Source: Candidatus Methylomirabilales bacterium
GTDB taxonomy: Bacteria; Methylomirabilota; Methylomirabilia; Methylomirabilales; 2-02-FULL-66-22
Assembly: GCA_041946635.1 (NCBI GenBank)
Contig: JBHGAX010000020.1
Coordinates: 1 to 51,034, forward strand
Length of the DNA: 51,034 nt
Direction: 5' to 3'
A model generated the notes under the pieces. It searched no databases, was not told the DNA's origin, and saw only the letters and a list, made by a program, of their open reading frames with translations. How positions within the stretch are numbered: the first letter of the stretch is position 1; every line of letters begins with the position of its first letter. Below are positions 9,073 to 18,293 of this stretch, piece after piece. Made by a program: the position numbers and the translations under genes.

Positions 9073-10278
9073 TCAAGTTCTGCCCGCCAGCAGCTTGACC
9101 ACGCGATCCAGGATGCGGTGTGCGACCTCCCGCTTCGGGAGGAGCGGGAGGTCCTCGCTCCCGCCCCCCGCATCCAGGAGGGTCACCCGGTTGCTGTCCG
9201 CCTCGAACCCGCTGTCCGGGCGGCCCACCTCGTTGGCCACCAGCAGGTCGAGGCGCTTGGCGCGGAGCTTCCGCTCGGCGTTGGCGTGCAGGTGCTCGGT
9301 CTCGGCGGCAAAGCCCACCAGGATGCGCCGGCCCTTGCGCTCCGCCACGGCCTGCAGGATGTCGGGCGTCTCCTCCAGCACGACCTGCGGCACGCCGCCG
9401 CTCTTCTTCATCTTCTGCTCCGCCACCCGGACCGGCCGGTAGTCGGCCACGGCCGCGGCCTTGATGATGACGTCGGCCAGCTCCAGCTTCGCCAGCACGG
9501 CGTCGTGCATCTCCTGGGCGGTCTCGACGTGGATCACGTCGACGCGGGCCGGCGGGGTGAGGGCCGTCGGCCCCGTCACCAGGATCGTCTTGGCGCCGCG
9601 CCCGGCGGCCGCCTCGGCGATGGCGTGGCCCATCTTCCCCGAGGAGCGGTTCGAGAGGTAGCGCACGGGGTCCAGCGGCTCCCGCGTCGGCCCCGCCGTG
9701 ACGAGCACCACCCGCCCTTCCAGGTCCGCGGGCGCCGCCAGGAGGCGCATCGCCTCGCTCACGATGGCGGACAGGTCGGCCAGCCGCCCGCGCCCGATCA
9801 GGCCCGACGCCAGGGCGCCGCTTTCCGGCCCCACGATGGTCACGCCCCGCTCGCGCAGCCGCCGGAGGTTCTCCTGCAGCGCCGGGTGCTCGAACATGTC
9901 GGAGTCCATGGCGGGCGCCACCAGGACCGGACAGCGGCTGGCCAGGTAGATGCAGCTCAGGAAGTCATCCGCCAGGCCGAGGGCCATCCGCGCGATCGTC
10001 TGCGCGGTGGCCGGGGCCACGAGCAGCAGGTCGGCGTGCTGGGTGGCCTCGATGTGGCCGATGCGATGGCTGTACGCCAGCGACCACATGTCGAGCAGGA
10101 CTTCCTGCCGCGAGAGCGTCTCGAAGGTGAGCGGCGCGACGAATCTGGTGGCCGCATCCGTCATGGCCACCTGCACCTCGGCCCCCCGCTTCGTCAGCTC
10201 GCGGAGCAGCTCCACCGCCTTGTACGCCGCGATGCTGCCCGTCACGCCCAGCAGGATGCGCTTGCCGGTGAGGTCCAT
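9073..10278 (-). CDS. coaBC: Bifunctional phosphopantothenoylcysteine decarboxylase / phosphopantothenate-cysteine ligase
   Basis: [11 protein letters not shown] flavoprotein motif plus C-terminal CoaB domain. ATG 10278 sits 7 nt after GAGGGG; the track ORF starts at GTG 10293. Confidence 0.95.
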   Translation of the reverse strand: MDLTGKRILLGVTGSIAAYKAVELLRELTKRGAEVQVAMTDAATRFVAPLTFETLSRQEVLLDMWSLAYSHRIGHIEATQHADLLLVAPATAQTIARMALGLADDFLSCIYLASRCPVLVAPAMDSDMFEHPALQENLRRLRERGVTIVGPESGALASGLIGRGRLADLSAIVSEAMRLLAAPADLEGRVVLVTAGPTREPLDPVRYLSNRSSGKMGHAIAEAAAGRGAKTILVTGPTALTPPARVDVIHVETAQEMHDAVLAKLELADVIIKAAAVADYRPVRVAEQKMKKSGGVPQVVLEETPDILQAVAERKGRRILVGFAAETEHLHANAERKLRAKRLDLLVANEVGRPDSGFEADSNRVTLLDAGGGSEDLPLLPKREVAHRILDRVVKLLAGRT

Positions 10279-10289
10279 GACGTCGCCCC

Positions 10290-10511
10290 TCACTCCTCGA
10301 AATGCGAACGGGTGACGAAGACGGTGTCATGTGAGCGGCGCCGGACTTCCTCGGGGTCCGCGCATTCGAGGAACAGCTCGACGGCCTCTCGCAGGTTGGC
10401 AGTCGCCTCTTCCACCGTGCCGCCCTGGCTGGCTACATCCAGCTCCGGGCAGAGGGCGACGTAGCCGTCGCCTTCTTTCTCGATGATGGCGGTGTATGTG
10501 GTCTTCGCCAT
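10290..10511 (-). CDS. HicB-fold (UPF0150) small protein, no DNA-binding domain, no HicA partner
   Basis: 73 aa, YTAIIEKEGDGYVALCPELDVASQGGTVEEATANLREAVELFLE is typical of short HicB-like proteins. Sits between DUF89 and coaBC. Confidence 0.75.
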   Translation of the reverse strand: MAKTTYTAIIEKEGDGYVALCPELDVASQGGTVEEATANLREAVELFLECADPEEVRRRSHDTVFVTRSHFEE

Positions 10512-10553
10512 GCCTTTCCCTCTCTGGCCCGTCGTGCCGGCGGGGCCGTCTCT

Positions 10554-11447
10554 CTACGCGAGGAAGATCGCCACGGCCTGCCGCGGCTGGACCTGCAGGA
10601 CGTCGGCCACGGGCTGGCACTTGATGGTGAAGAGGCAGAAGACCTGTCCCGGCACCTTCGCCCGGTGCTCGGAGAAGACGTAGTAGTTCGCCTGGCCCTT
10701 GGCGATGATCAGGTCGGCGCCCTGGATCGCCTCGCGCAGCTCGGGCGACGCCTCCTCCCAGGAGATGCCCAGGGTGTCGGGCCCGGCCAGGATGAGCCGG
10801 TCCACCTCGCGGTCCAGGCCGACCATCGTGCCGTCGTCCATCGTGGCGTCCGAGGTGATGGGGCCGCCCCGGAGCGCGGAGGTCACGTGGCAGCCGAGAC
10901 GCCGCAGCTCCCGGATCAGCAGCGCGTCCAGCGCGATCTCGCCCACGTTGTCGTGGACGTAGAGGACCCGCGGCCGCGCCTGCACCTGGCCGTACAGCCC
11001 GTCCAGGTGGTCCCGCGCCAGGCCGCGATCCACATACCCCTGCAGGTGCTGCAGCGTTCGCTCGGGATTGAAGCCGTAGCCGATGCCCACCGTGCGGGAG
11101 TCCAGGCTGTTGCCGGCCAGCGCCCAGGTCGCCAGGGAGCGGAACCGCGCCAGCCCCTCCCGCGCCTGGGCCTCGGCCCAGAGGCGCCGGGCGATCTCGA
11201 GGCCGATCTCGTTCAGCTGCCGGCGGCTCTCGGCGAAGGGCACGGCCACGCCCGTGTCCCGCTTGAGGATGCGGTGGACCTCGGTGATGTAGTGGGAGGG
11301 CACGCGCTCCAGGCCGAACTCGGCCGCGAGAAACGCCATCGAGTCCTTGGCGACCCGGAGCGCCTCGGCCTCGCTCGCGGCGACCTGGCCGGCGGCCGCG
11401 TACACGTCCCCCAGGATGCAGGCCAGGCACGCGGGCACGGTCTTCAT
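10554..11447 (-). CDS. DUF89 (ARMT1-like) metal-dependent damage-control phosphatase family protein
   Basis: 297 aa; DNVGEIALD and KGQANY motifs. ATG overlaps the thiD stop as ATGA (11444-11447). Confidence 0.85.
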   Translation of the reverse strand: MKTVPACLACILGDVYAAAGQVAASEAEALRVAKDSMAFLAAEFGLERVPSHYITEVHRILKRDTGVAVPFAESRRQLNEIGLEIARRLWAEAQAREGLARFRSLATWALAGNSLDSRTVGIGYGFNPERTLQHLQGYVDRGLARDHLDGLYGQVQARPRVLYVHDNVGEIALDALLIRELRRLGCHVTSALRGGPITSDATMDDGTMVGLDREVDRLILAGPDTLGISWEEASPELREAIQGADLIIAKGQANYYVFSEHRAKVPGQVFCLFTIKCQPVADVLQVQPRQAVAIFLA

Positions 11448-12280
11448 CGGGCCGCCTCCATCCCGGGGCGGACGGGCGGCGGGACGAACGTCTCGGGGAA
11501 GTGGTTCAGCGGGCGCCGGCCGCGTCCCACGGCGGGCGCGGCCGCCATCGCGAGCGCCACGTACTTCTGGGCGGCCTCCACCGCCTCGCGCACGGCCATC
11601 CCGCGCGCCAGCCCCGCGGCGATGGCCGACGAGAGCGTGCAGCCGGTGCCGTGGAACTCGCCGGGCAGGCGGGCGGACTCGCGCCGGATGAATTCCCGCC
11701 CGTCGTAGAGGAGATCCACCACGCGCTCGCCGGGCAGGTGGCCGCCCTTCAGGAGCACGAAGGCCGGGCCCATGGCCTGAATTCGCCGGGCGGCATCCCG
11801 CATGTCCTCTTCGGTCAGGATCTTCTTGCCCACCAGGAACCCGGCCTCGTCCAGATTCGGCGTGACGACCGTGGCCAGCGGGAGGAGCGCCTCCTGCAGC
11901 ACCGGCGCGGCCTCGTGCTGCATGAGCGCGTCCCCGCTCGCGGCGATCATGACGGGATCCACCACGAGGTTCGGCAGCTCGAGGTCCCGGACCCCGGCCG
12001 CCACCGTCCGGATGATCTCGCCGGTCGCCAGCATGCCCGTCTTCACCGCGTCCACGCGGATGTCCTGCGCCACCGCCTTGAGCTGCGCGGTGATGAACTC
12101 GGTCGGCGGGAGCTGAACGCCCTGCACCCCGGTCGTGTTCTGCGCGGTCAGTCCCGTGATCGCGGTCAGGCCGAAGACCCGGTAGGCACTGAAGGTCTTC
12201 AGGTCGGCCTGGATCCCGGCGCCGCCGCCCGAGTCGGACCCTGCGATGCTGAGGGCGGTGCGCATGTCGGTCCCTGCCAT
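11444..12280 (-). CDS. thiD: Hydroxymethylpyrimidine / phosphomethylpyrimidine kinase
   Basis: [33 protein letters not shown] 12280 sits 8 nt after AGGAG. Confidence 0.93.
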   Translation of the reverse strand: MAGTDMRTALSIAGSDSGGGAGIQADLKTFSAYRVFGLTAITGLTAQNTTGVQGVQLPPTEFITAQLKAVAQDIRVDAVKTGMLATGEIIRTVAAGVRDLELPNLVVDPVMIAASGDALMQHEAAPVLQEALLPLATVVTPNLDEAGFLVGKKILTEEDMRDAARRIQAMGPAFVLLKGGHLPGERVVDLLYDGREFIRRESARLPGEFHGTGCTLSSAIAAGLARGMAVREAVEAAQKYVALAMAAAPAVGRGRRPLNHFPETFVPPPVRPGMEAAR

Positions 12281-12327
12281 GGTTTCTGCTCCTGCGTATC
12301 GGTGAACGGCCAGCGGGGCCGCGTACC

Positions 12328-12390
12328 ACGTGAAACGGAAAACGGAAAACGTGAAACGTAAGGAACCAGGGGCAGGGCACCCGGCACCCG
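12328..12390. repeat. Heptamer arrays: five ACGKRAA units (12328-12362) then two GCACCCG units (12377-12390)
   Basis: The acg trinucleotide recurs at 12328, 12335, 12342, 12349 and 12356. Lies in the 113-nt spacer between the slt stop and the thiD start. Confidence 0.9.
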
Positions 12391-12393
12391 GCT

Positions 12394-14607
12394 CTACTTC
12401 GCGGCCTGCGCCGCCCGGAGTTCCGGATAGATCTCCTGGTAGCGCAGATAGGTGCCGAGTACGCGCTTCACGTAGTTCCGCGTCTCGGAGTACGGGATGT
12501 CCTCGACGAACGCCTCCTCGTCCGCGAAGCCGAAGCGCGCCAGCCAGCGCTCCACGTGGTGCTTCCCGGCGTTGTAGGAGGCGAGCACCAGGGCGAGATT
12601 CCCGCCGTGCGCCTTGAGCAGCTCGGCGAGATGCAGTGTGCCGAACTGGATGTTCGCTTCCGGCAGGTCGAGCGCCCCGGCCCCGTGCGGCAGGCGCTCC
12701 TCCCGCGCCAGCCGATCGGCCGTGTGGGGCATCACCTGCATGAGGCCGCGCGCGCCCGCGCGCGACACGGCCCGGGGGACGAAGGTGCTCTCCTCCCGGA
12801 TGAGGGCGGTGACCAGGAGCGGATCCAGCCCCTGGAGCCTGCCGGCCTGCACCACCTCGGGCCAGTGGCCCAGCGGGTAGAGACACCGCCAGAACTCGGG
12901 CACGGGCAGCTTGCCCTTGTCCTGGGCGAACAGCGGGACCAGGAGCCGCTTCCCCAGCCACACGGCCCGGTCATAGCGCTCCAGGCCGAGGAACGCCCGG
13001 CAGGCCTCGCTCAGCATCGCGCGGTCCTCCGGGACGGACGACGTCTGCTCCCGGTACTCCTCGGCCGCCTCCTCCGCCAGCCCCAGCGCGGCCAGCGCCC
13101 GGGCTTTCTCCGCGTGCAGGCGCTCGCCGGACGTCTTCGCGGCCCGCGCCACGGCGGTGGGCAAGGCGCGGGACACCTTCTTGCCCAGGCGCGCCAGGCG
13201 CGCGGTCGCGCGCATGCGGTAGTAGGGCTGGTCCTGCGCCGCCTGCAGCGCGTCCCCGTAGGCGTCCGCGGCCTGACGAGGCTTGCCCGTCGCCTCCAGC
13301 AGCCGGCCCCGCCAGTACAGGGCCGGCACGCGCAGCCGGGAGGCCGGCTCCTCGCTGATGAGGCGTGCCAGCGCGGCCAGCGCCGCCTGCGTGTCCTGCT
13401 GCTTGAAGGCCAGCCAGCCCTCCAGCCAGAGCGCCGTGTCCTTCCAGACCGTCCGCGGATACTCCTTGAGGAGCCGGGCCGCATAGCGGCGGCCCTCGCT
13501 GGCCTGCCCCTCGTCGGCGGCCGCCTGCGCCAGGAGGCAGAGCGCCTCCTCGGCGCGCCGGCTGCCGGGCAGCGTGTCCGCCAGCAGGGTCAGGGTCTCG
13601 GTGAATCGCGGCATGTCCCCGGCTCGGCCGAAGCTCCGGCCGAGCCAGAAGAGCACCTCCGCCCGGTCCGGCCCCGGCGTGTCGCGCAGCGGCAGCAGCC
13701 AGCGGATCGCCTGCTCGTACAGGCGGAGGTTGAAGGCGCTCACGCCGAGCGCCAGGCGCGCCCGCCCCTCGTACGGGTCGCCCGCGACGGCGAAGGGCGC
13801 CAACTCCGCCACGGCCTGACCGTAGCGGCCCAGCCTGTAGGCCGTGCTGGCGCGCAGGAACCGCTCGTCCGCCGTGAACGGCCTGGCGCCCAGCGCGGTG
13901 AGGTGTGCCAGGGCGCGTTCCGCGTCCGGAGCGCCGGGCAGCTCGATCCACACGCGCCGGAACACCTGCTCCGCCTGCTCGGCGCGGCCGGAGCGGAGGA
14001 GCACCTCCCCGAAGGTCACCCAGACGCTCGCGACGCCCGGGCCGTTCTTGTACCGGCCCAGGTAGCGGCCGGCGGCGGCTTCCGCCCTGGCCAGGTCGCC
14101 GGCCTCCAGCCATTCTCGCGGCACCTCGCGGGCCGCCCGCTCCGCGTGGAGGCTCCGGGGGTGGAGGTCCAGCAGCCGCTGCAGCGCCTCCGCCGCCCCG
14201 GCGCGATCACCCTGGTCCCGCGCGGCCGCGGCCAGGTGGTGGAGGGCGTAGTCTCCCAGGAGCGGGTCGCGCGCCGCGGCCTGCAGCCGGGGGATCGCCT
14301 CGGCCCCGCGGTCGAGCCAGCGCAGGAGGATGCCCAGCAGGAGCGCGTGCGGCTCGTCCAGGGCGCCCGCCTGCGCCTCCAGGGCCAGGAGCAGCTCGGC
14401 CGCCGTCCCGATGTTGCCCAGCTGCGTCTCGCGCGCTGCGGCGGCCAGCTCTTCGGCCGGCGGCGGGGCCGCCTCGACGGCCCGGCCGGCAGGAACAGCC
14501 AGCCAGAGCCCGAGCAGCAGGGCCACGAGAGGGCGACATCCCCCCTGCCCCCCGCGTGTCAGCCCCTCCCGTCCCCCCGGTGATGCGTGCGCCTGTTCGT
14601 GGCCCAT
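12394..14607 (-). CDS. slt: Soluble lytic murein transglycosylase (Slt70-like: TPR/superhelical N-domain + SLT domain)
   Basis: C-terminal EESTF...GLMQVMP...SYNAGKHHVERW. Signal-like LVALLLGLWLAVPAG about 25 aa in, so the start codon is uncertain. Confidence 0.85.
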   Translation of the reverse strand: MGHEQAHASPGGREGLTRGGQGGCRPLVALLLGLWLAVPAGRAVEAAPPPAEELAAAARETQLGNIGTAAELLLALEAQAGALDEPHALLLGILLRWLDRGAEAIPRLQAAARDPLLGDYALHHLAAAARDQGDRAGAAEALQRLLDLHPRSLHAERAAREVPREWLEAGDLARAEAAAGRYLGRYKNGPGVASVWVTFGEVLLRSGRAEQAEQVFRRVWIELPGAPDAERALAHLTALGARPFTADERFLRASTAYRLGRYGQAVAELAPFAVAGDPYEGRARLALGVSAFNLRLYEQAIRWLLPLRDTPGPDRAEVLFWLGRSFGRAGDMPRFTETLTLLADTLPGSRRAEEALCLLAQAAADEGQASEGRRYAARLLKEYPRTVWKDTALWLEGWLAFKQQDTQAALAALARLISEEPASRLRVPALYWRGRLLEATGKPRQAADAYGDALQAAQDQPYYRMRATARLARLGKKVSRALPTAVARAAKTSGERLHAEKARALAALGLAEEAAEEYREQTSSVPEDRAMLSEACRAFLGLERYDRAVWLGKRLLVPLFAQDKGKLPVPEFWRCLYPLGHWPEVVQAGRLQGLDPLLVTALIREESTFVPRAVSRAGARGLMQVMPHTADRLAREERLPHGAGALDLPEANIQFGTLHLAELLKAHGGNLALVLASYNAGKHHVERWLARFGFADEEAFVEDIPYSETRNYVKRVLGTYLRYQEIYPELRAAQAAK

Positions 14608-14621
14608 CTCGCTCTTCGGCG

Positions 14622-15674
14622 TCAGGCCTCGCCGGCCAGCCGCGGCAGGCTGTCGCGATACGGCGGGCGCGCGATGCCGCGCTCCGTGATGATGGCGTCC
14701 ACGTAGCTGGCGGGAGTCACGTCGAAGGCGGGGTTGGCCACCCGGATCCCGGCCGGGGCAAGCCGCCGATCGCCGAGCCGCGTGACCTCGTCCGCGTGAC
14801 GCTCCTCGATCCGGATCCCGGCGCCGTCCTCCAGCCCCAGATCGAGGGTCGAGAGCGGCGCGGCGACGTAGAACGGGATGCCGTGGGTCCGGGCCAGCAC
14901 GGCCACGCCGTACGTGCCGATCTTGTTGGCGGTATCGCCGTTCCGCGCGATGCGGTCCGCGCCGACGACCACGAGGTCCACCTGCCCCTGGCGCATGAAG
15001 TGGCCGGCCATGCTGTCCGTGATGAGCGTGGCCGGGATGCGCGCCTTCACCAGCTCGAAGGCCGTGAGCCGCGCGCCCTGGAGGAGCGGCCGCGTCTCGC
15101 CCACCCAGACGCTGACCCGCTTCCCCGCCTCGGCGGCGGCGCGGATCACCCCGATGGCTGTCCCGTAGCCCGCGGTGGCCAGGCTGCCCGCGTTGCAGTG
15201 GGTCAGGATCCGCGCCGGATCGGGCACCAGGGTGTTGCCGTGCGCCCCCAGCGCCCGGTTGATGGCGATGTCCTCGTCCCGCATGCGGGACGCCTCGGCG
15301 GCCAGGGCCCCGGCGATCTCGGACAGCGGCAGGTCCCGGCACTTCCTCGCGACCTGGAGCACCCGGCGGACGCCCCACGCCAGGTTCACGGCGGTCGGTC
15401 GGGTCGCCACCAGCAGGTCGCCCACCCGCTCCAGCGCCGCCACGAAGCCTTCGAAGGTGTCCGCCCGGATGCTCCGGGCGCCCAGTGCCACCCCCATGGC
15501 GCCCGCGATGCCGATGGCGGGGGCGCCCCGCACCACCAGCGTGCGGATGGCGTGCGCCACCTCGTCCACCGTCCGGCACTCGACGTACGTTTCCTCGGAC
15601 GGCAGGCGCGTCTGGTCGATCAGGCGCACCGTGCCCTCGGCCGTCCAGGCGATGGTCTCGAAGCCTTCAGTCAT
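14622..15674 (-). CDS. mtnA: S-methyl-5-thioribose-1-phosphate isomerase
   Basis: 350 aa; [32 protein letters not shown]. Confidence 0.92.
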   Translation of the reverse strand: MTEGFETIAWTAEGTVRLIDQTRLPSEETYVECRTVDEVAHAIRTLVVRGAPAIGIAGAMGVALGARSIRADTFEGFVAALERVGDLLVATRPTAVNLAWGVRRVLQVARKCRDLPLSEIAGALAAEASRMRDEDIAINRALGAHGNTLVPDPARILTHCNAGSLATAGYGTAIGVIRAAAEAGKRVSVWVGETRPLLQGARLTAFELVKARIPATLITDSMAGHFMRQGQVDLVVVGADRIARNGDTANKIGTYGVAVLARTHGIPFYVAAPLSTLDLGLEDGAGIRIEERHADEVTRLGDRRLAPAGIRVANPAFDVTPASYVDAIITERGIARPPYRDSLPRLAGEA

Positions 15675-15696
15675 GCGTTTTCCCGGAGAAATCAGC

Positions 15697-15722
15697 GATT
15701 TTTTAAGCTACCACGATCGTGG
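15697..15722 (-). promoter_or_regulatory. AT-rich island plus perfect 12-bp palindrome CCACGATCGTGG upstream of mtnA
   Basis: gattttttaagcta ccacgatcgtgg read directly. It is the only AT-rich stretch in this divergent spacer, 23-48 nt upstream of the mtnA ATG. Function not shown. Confidence 0.3.
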
Positions 15723-15900
15723 CGGAAAACAAAAACAAAACGGGCCCACGGCGCGCGGACGCGCGCCGCCAGGGCAGCAGCGCGGTAACCGAGGCAGGGC
15801 GGGGAACCGGACAACGGCCGGGGAGTCCTTGTGGGCCCCCGACTCCTGTGGCTAAATCCTGCAGACACGCGCACCCGGGCTTTCACGCTGGAGGGCAGAC

Positions 15901-16659
15901 ATGGAGCTGTGGACAGAGCTGAGCGATCTCGCCAGGGGATCCGGCGCCAGCCTGATCGGCGTCGCCCCCGTGGAGCGGTTCGAGGGCGCCCCCCCGGGAC
16001 ATCATCCGACGGACCTCCTGCCCGACGCCCGGTCGGTGGTGAGCTTCGGCATCCGCCTGCTCGACCGGGTGATGGAGTGGCCGGACTTCCTGAAGGACTC
16101 CCCGTTCTTCCCGGAGCCGATCCGCCTCAAGGCCCTGCACCTCGGCTTCTACCGGCGCTCGGGCTACGACATCGTGAATGACCGGCTCAACGCGATCGCG
16201 CTGCTGGTTGCGAACCGCCTGGAGGACCGCGGCTGGCACGCGCTCTTCTTCCCGGCCACCTATGGCGGAGGCCTCCCCGAGGAGCTGGCCTTCATCCCGG
16301 GCATGCTCTCGCAGCGGCACGCCGCCGTGCGGGCCGGCCTGGGCGTGTTCGGGCTGAACAACGTCGTGGTCACGCCCCGGTACGGCCCCCGCATCCGCTT
16401 CAACTCGGTGATCACCAGCGCCGTGCTCCCGCCCACGCCGCTCTTGACCAAGCGCCTCTGCCAGGGCACGAAGTGCGGGGAGTGCCTGCTCTCCTGCCCG
16501 GCGGATGCCATCAGCATGCTGCCCCGGGCGACGGAAGATACCGTCTGGCTGGACCCGCCCTCCCGCACCGACTGGGTGAAGTGCCGCGCCAGCCAGGGCG
16601 GCAACGCCTGCATGGGGCGGTGCCTGCGCGTCTGCCCGACGGGCGCAGCAGGCGGCTGA
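15901..16659 (+). CDS. 4Fe-4S cluster protein, QueG/reductive-dehalogenase-superfamily-like
   Basis: 252 aa; CQGTKCGECLLSCP and C..C..CLRVCP ferredoxin-type motifs. ATG preceded by GGAGGG. Confidence 0.65.
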   Translation: MELWTELSDLARGSGASLIGVAPVERFEGAPPGHHPTDLLPDARSVVSFGIRLLDRVMEWPDFLKDSPFFPEPIRLKALHLGFYRRSGYDIVNDRLNAIALLVANRLEDRGWHALFFPATYGGGLPEELAFIPGMLSQRHAAVRAGLGVFGLNNVVVTPRYGPRIRFNSVITSAVLPPTPLLTKRLCQGTKCGECLLSCPADAISMLPRATEDTVWLDPPSRTDWVKCRASQGGNACMGRCLRVCPTGAAGG

Positions 16660-16665
16660 AAACGG

Positions 16666-16694
16666 CCCATCTGCGGAGACCCATCCTGCGGACG
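16666..16694. repeat. Tandem 14/15-nt duplication CCCATC(C)TGCGGA
   Basis: cccatctgcggaga cccatcctgcggacg begins 7 nt after the stop at 16657-16659. Confidence 0.8.
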
Positions 16695-16826
16695 GGTACC
16701 CCGAAGGCTCCCGCGGTCCGGCGGCGTACGGACGCAGTACGCCTCGGACCCGGGATGCCTTCCGCCTTGCATCGGACCGTTTCGAGCCGCCTGCGAGTTT
16801 TTCAGATTGTTTTTGGATTCTTTGGC

Positions 16827-16856
16827 TTGACACGTCCTCGCTTGTGGTGGTACGAA
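16827..16856 (+). promoter_or_regulatory. Sigma70-like promoter TTGACA-N18-TACGAA for the aroF leader
   Basis: Read directly; intergenic, correctly oriented, 22 nt upstream of the leader ORF ATG. Confidence 0.45.
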
Positions 16857-16878
16857 TGCGCCACCTGAGGAGTCTTGC

Positions 16879-16956
16879 ATGATCGTCCGCGCCGCCGCCT
16901 TCTACTTTAGCTTTGGCTTTACGGGCGTCTGCCCGGTGGGCCGAGGCGTCGGATGA
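16879..16956 (+). CDS. Candidate leader peptide MIVRAAAFYFSFGFTGVCPVGRGVG (aromatic-rich)
   Basis: GAGGAG 6 nt upstream of the ATG. 25 codons with F-Y-F-S-F-G-F, and three of four Phe codons are TTT. Too short for the ORF track. Confidence 0.5.
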   Translation: MIVRAAAFYFSFGFTGVCPVGRGVG

Positions 16957-16980
16957 TCTGAACCAGCCAGCATCCAGTCA

Positions 16981-17026
16981 CCAAGGGCCACGGGGTAGAC
17001 GATGCCTCGTGGCCCTTGGTGTTTCC
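16981..17026 (+). terminator. Attenuator-type hairpin: perfect 12-bp stem CCAAGGGCCACG/CGTGGCCCTTGG followed by TGTTTCC
   Basis: Stem 16981-16992 pairs with 17008-17019, 15-nt loop, short U-tract. Located between the leader ORF and aroF. Confidence 0.55.
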
Positions 17027-17153
17027 GGGGGCGCGGGGCGCCCCACAACCGTCGGAGGTCACTGGCGCCATCGGCTTCCGGAAGGACAGTCGCCGGCTGC
17101 TCTTCCCGTGTGGCGATGCGGCCACGTGGCGCAACCGACTCGGGAGACCGGGC

Positions 17154-18170
17154 ATGATCATCGTGATGAAAGGCAGCGCGGTGCGGGCGGAGATCGAGCG
17201 CGTCATCGCCACGGTGGAAGAGCTGGGCTACCAGGCGCATCCCATCTCGGGCACGCAGCGCACGGTCATCGGGGCGGTGGGCGATGAGCGGGGCAAGGCC
17301 CGGCTCCAGTCGCTGGAATCGCTGCCGGGCGTGGAGAGCGTGTTCCCCATCCTGCAGCCCTTCAAGCTCGCCGGCCGGGAGTTCAAGCCGACCCCCTCGG
17401 TGGTGAAGGTCCGGGACGTGGAGATCGGGGGGGATCGCCTCCCCGTGATGGCCGGGCCGTGCAGCGTGGAGGACGAGGAGCAGATCCGGGAGGTGGCGGT
17501 GAGCGTGAAGGCCGCGGGGGCCTCCCTGCTGCGCGGCGGCGCCTTCAAGCCGCGGACCTCCCCGTACGTCTTCCAGGGCCTGGGGGAGGAGGGCCTGCGG
17601 CTCCTGGCCATGGCCCGCGAGGAGACCGGGCTCCCCATCGTGACCGAGGTGCTGAAGCCGGAGGACGTCGACCTCATCGCCGGGACCGCGGACATGATCC
17701 AGATCGGCGCCCGGAACGTCCAGAACTTCGCCCTGCTGAAGCGCGTGGGCGAAGCGGGAAAGCCGGTGCTCCTCAAGCGCGGGATGTCCACGACGGTCCA
17801 GGAGTTCCTGATGGCCGCGGAGTACATCCTCTCGGAGGGCAACTACAACGTGGTCCTCTGCGAGCGCGGGATCCGGACCTTCGAGACCGCCACCCGCTTC
17901 ACCCTGGACCTGAACGCGATCCCGGTGATCAAGAAGCTGAGCCACCTGCCGGTGATCGTGGACCCGAGCCACGGCACCGGCCACTGGGAGTACGTGGCGC
18001 CCATGGCCAAGGCGGCCGTCGCCTGCGGCGCGGACGGCCTGATGATCGAGGTGCACTCGCGGCCGGAGACGGCCATGAGCGACGGCATCCAGTCGCTCAA
18101 GCCCGCCCGCTTCCGCCAGCTCATGCAGGAGATCGCGCCGTTCGTCGCGGCCGCCGGCCGAACACTGTAG
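17154..18170 (+). CDS. aroF: 3-deoxy-7-phosphoheptulonate (DAHP) synthase, type I-beta with N-terminal regulatory domain
   Basis: 338 aa; N-terminal about 70-aa ferredoxin/ACT-like domain (MIIVMKGSAV...), then KPRTSPYVFQGLGEEGL and DPSHGTG. Confidence 0.93.
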   Translation: MIIVMKGSAVRAEIERVIATVEELGYQAHPISGTQRTVIGAVGDERGKARLQSLESLPGVESVFPILQPFKLAGREFKPTPSVVKVRDVEIGGDRLPVMAGPCSVEDEEQIREVAVSVKAAGASLLRGGAFKPRTSPYVFQGLGEEGLRLLAMAREETGLPIVTEVLKPEDVDLIAGTADMIQIGARNVQNFALLKRVGEAGKPVLLKRGMSTTVQEFLMAAEYILSEGNYNVVLCERGIRTFETATRFTLDLNAIPVIKKLSHLPVIVDPSHGTGHWEYVAPMAKAAVACGADGLMIEVHSRPETAMSDGIQSLKPARFRQLMQEIAPFVAAAGRTL

Positions 18171-18187
18171 GTCACTCGCCGGGACCT

Positions 18188-18280
18188 TTCACCACGACGG
18201 CCACGAAGAGCACGAAGGGTCCTGCAAAGCCATGAGGGCCCTGTCCGTCCCTTCGTGTCCTTCGTGATCTTCGTGGTGAA
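18188..18280. terminator. Long imperfect inverted repeat (32-nt arms, 27/32 complementary) built from CACGAAG nonamer units
   Basis: ttcaccacgacggccacgaagagcacgaaggg pairs with cccttcgtgtccttcgtgatcttcgtggtgaa, between convergent aroF and the oxidoreductase. No U-tract. Confidence 0.5.
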
Positions 18281-18293
18281 GTGCCGTCGCCGC

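Noticed and set aside
10512-10553. HicA toxin partner for the HicB-like gene
   Set aside because: Only 42 nt separate the gene from DUF89 upstream, and coaBC follows directly downstream. No 50-80-aa ORF with a HicA-like sequence exists on either strand nearby.
12281-12393. Possible TPP riboswitch upstream of thiD
   Set aside because: I looked for the conserved THI-box elements (CUGAGA and the ACCUGAUCUGGAUAAUGCCAGCG-like core) on the minus strand. None are present, and the spacer is filled by heptamer repeats instead.
15723-15900. Riboswitch (SAM-type) in the mtnA / Fe-S gene divergent spacer
   Set aside because: I could not match SAM-I, SAM-II or SAM-V core sequences on either strand. Only a weak TTGTGG-N17-CTAAAT promoter-like site (15829-15857) is visible.
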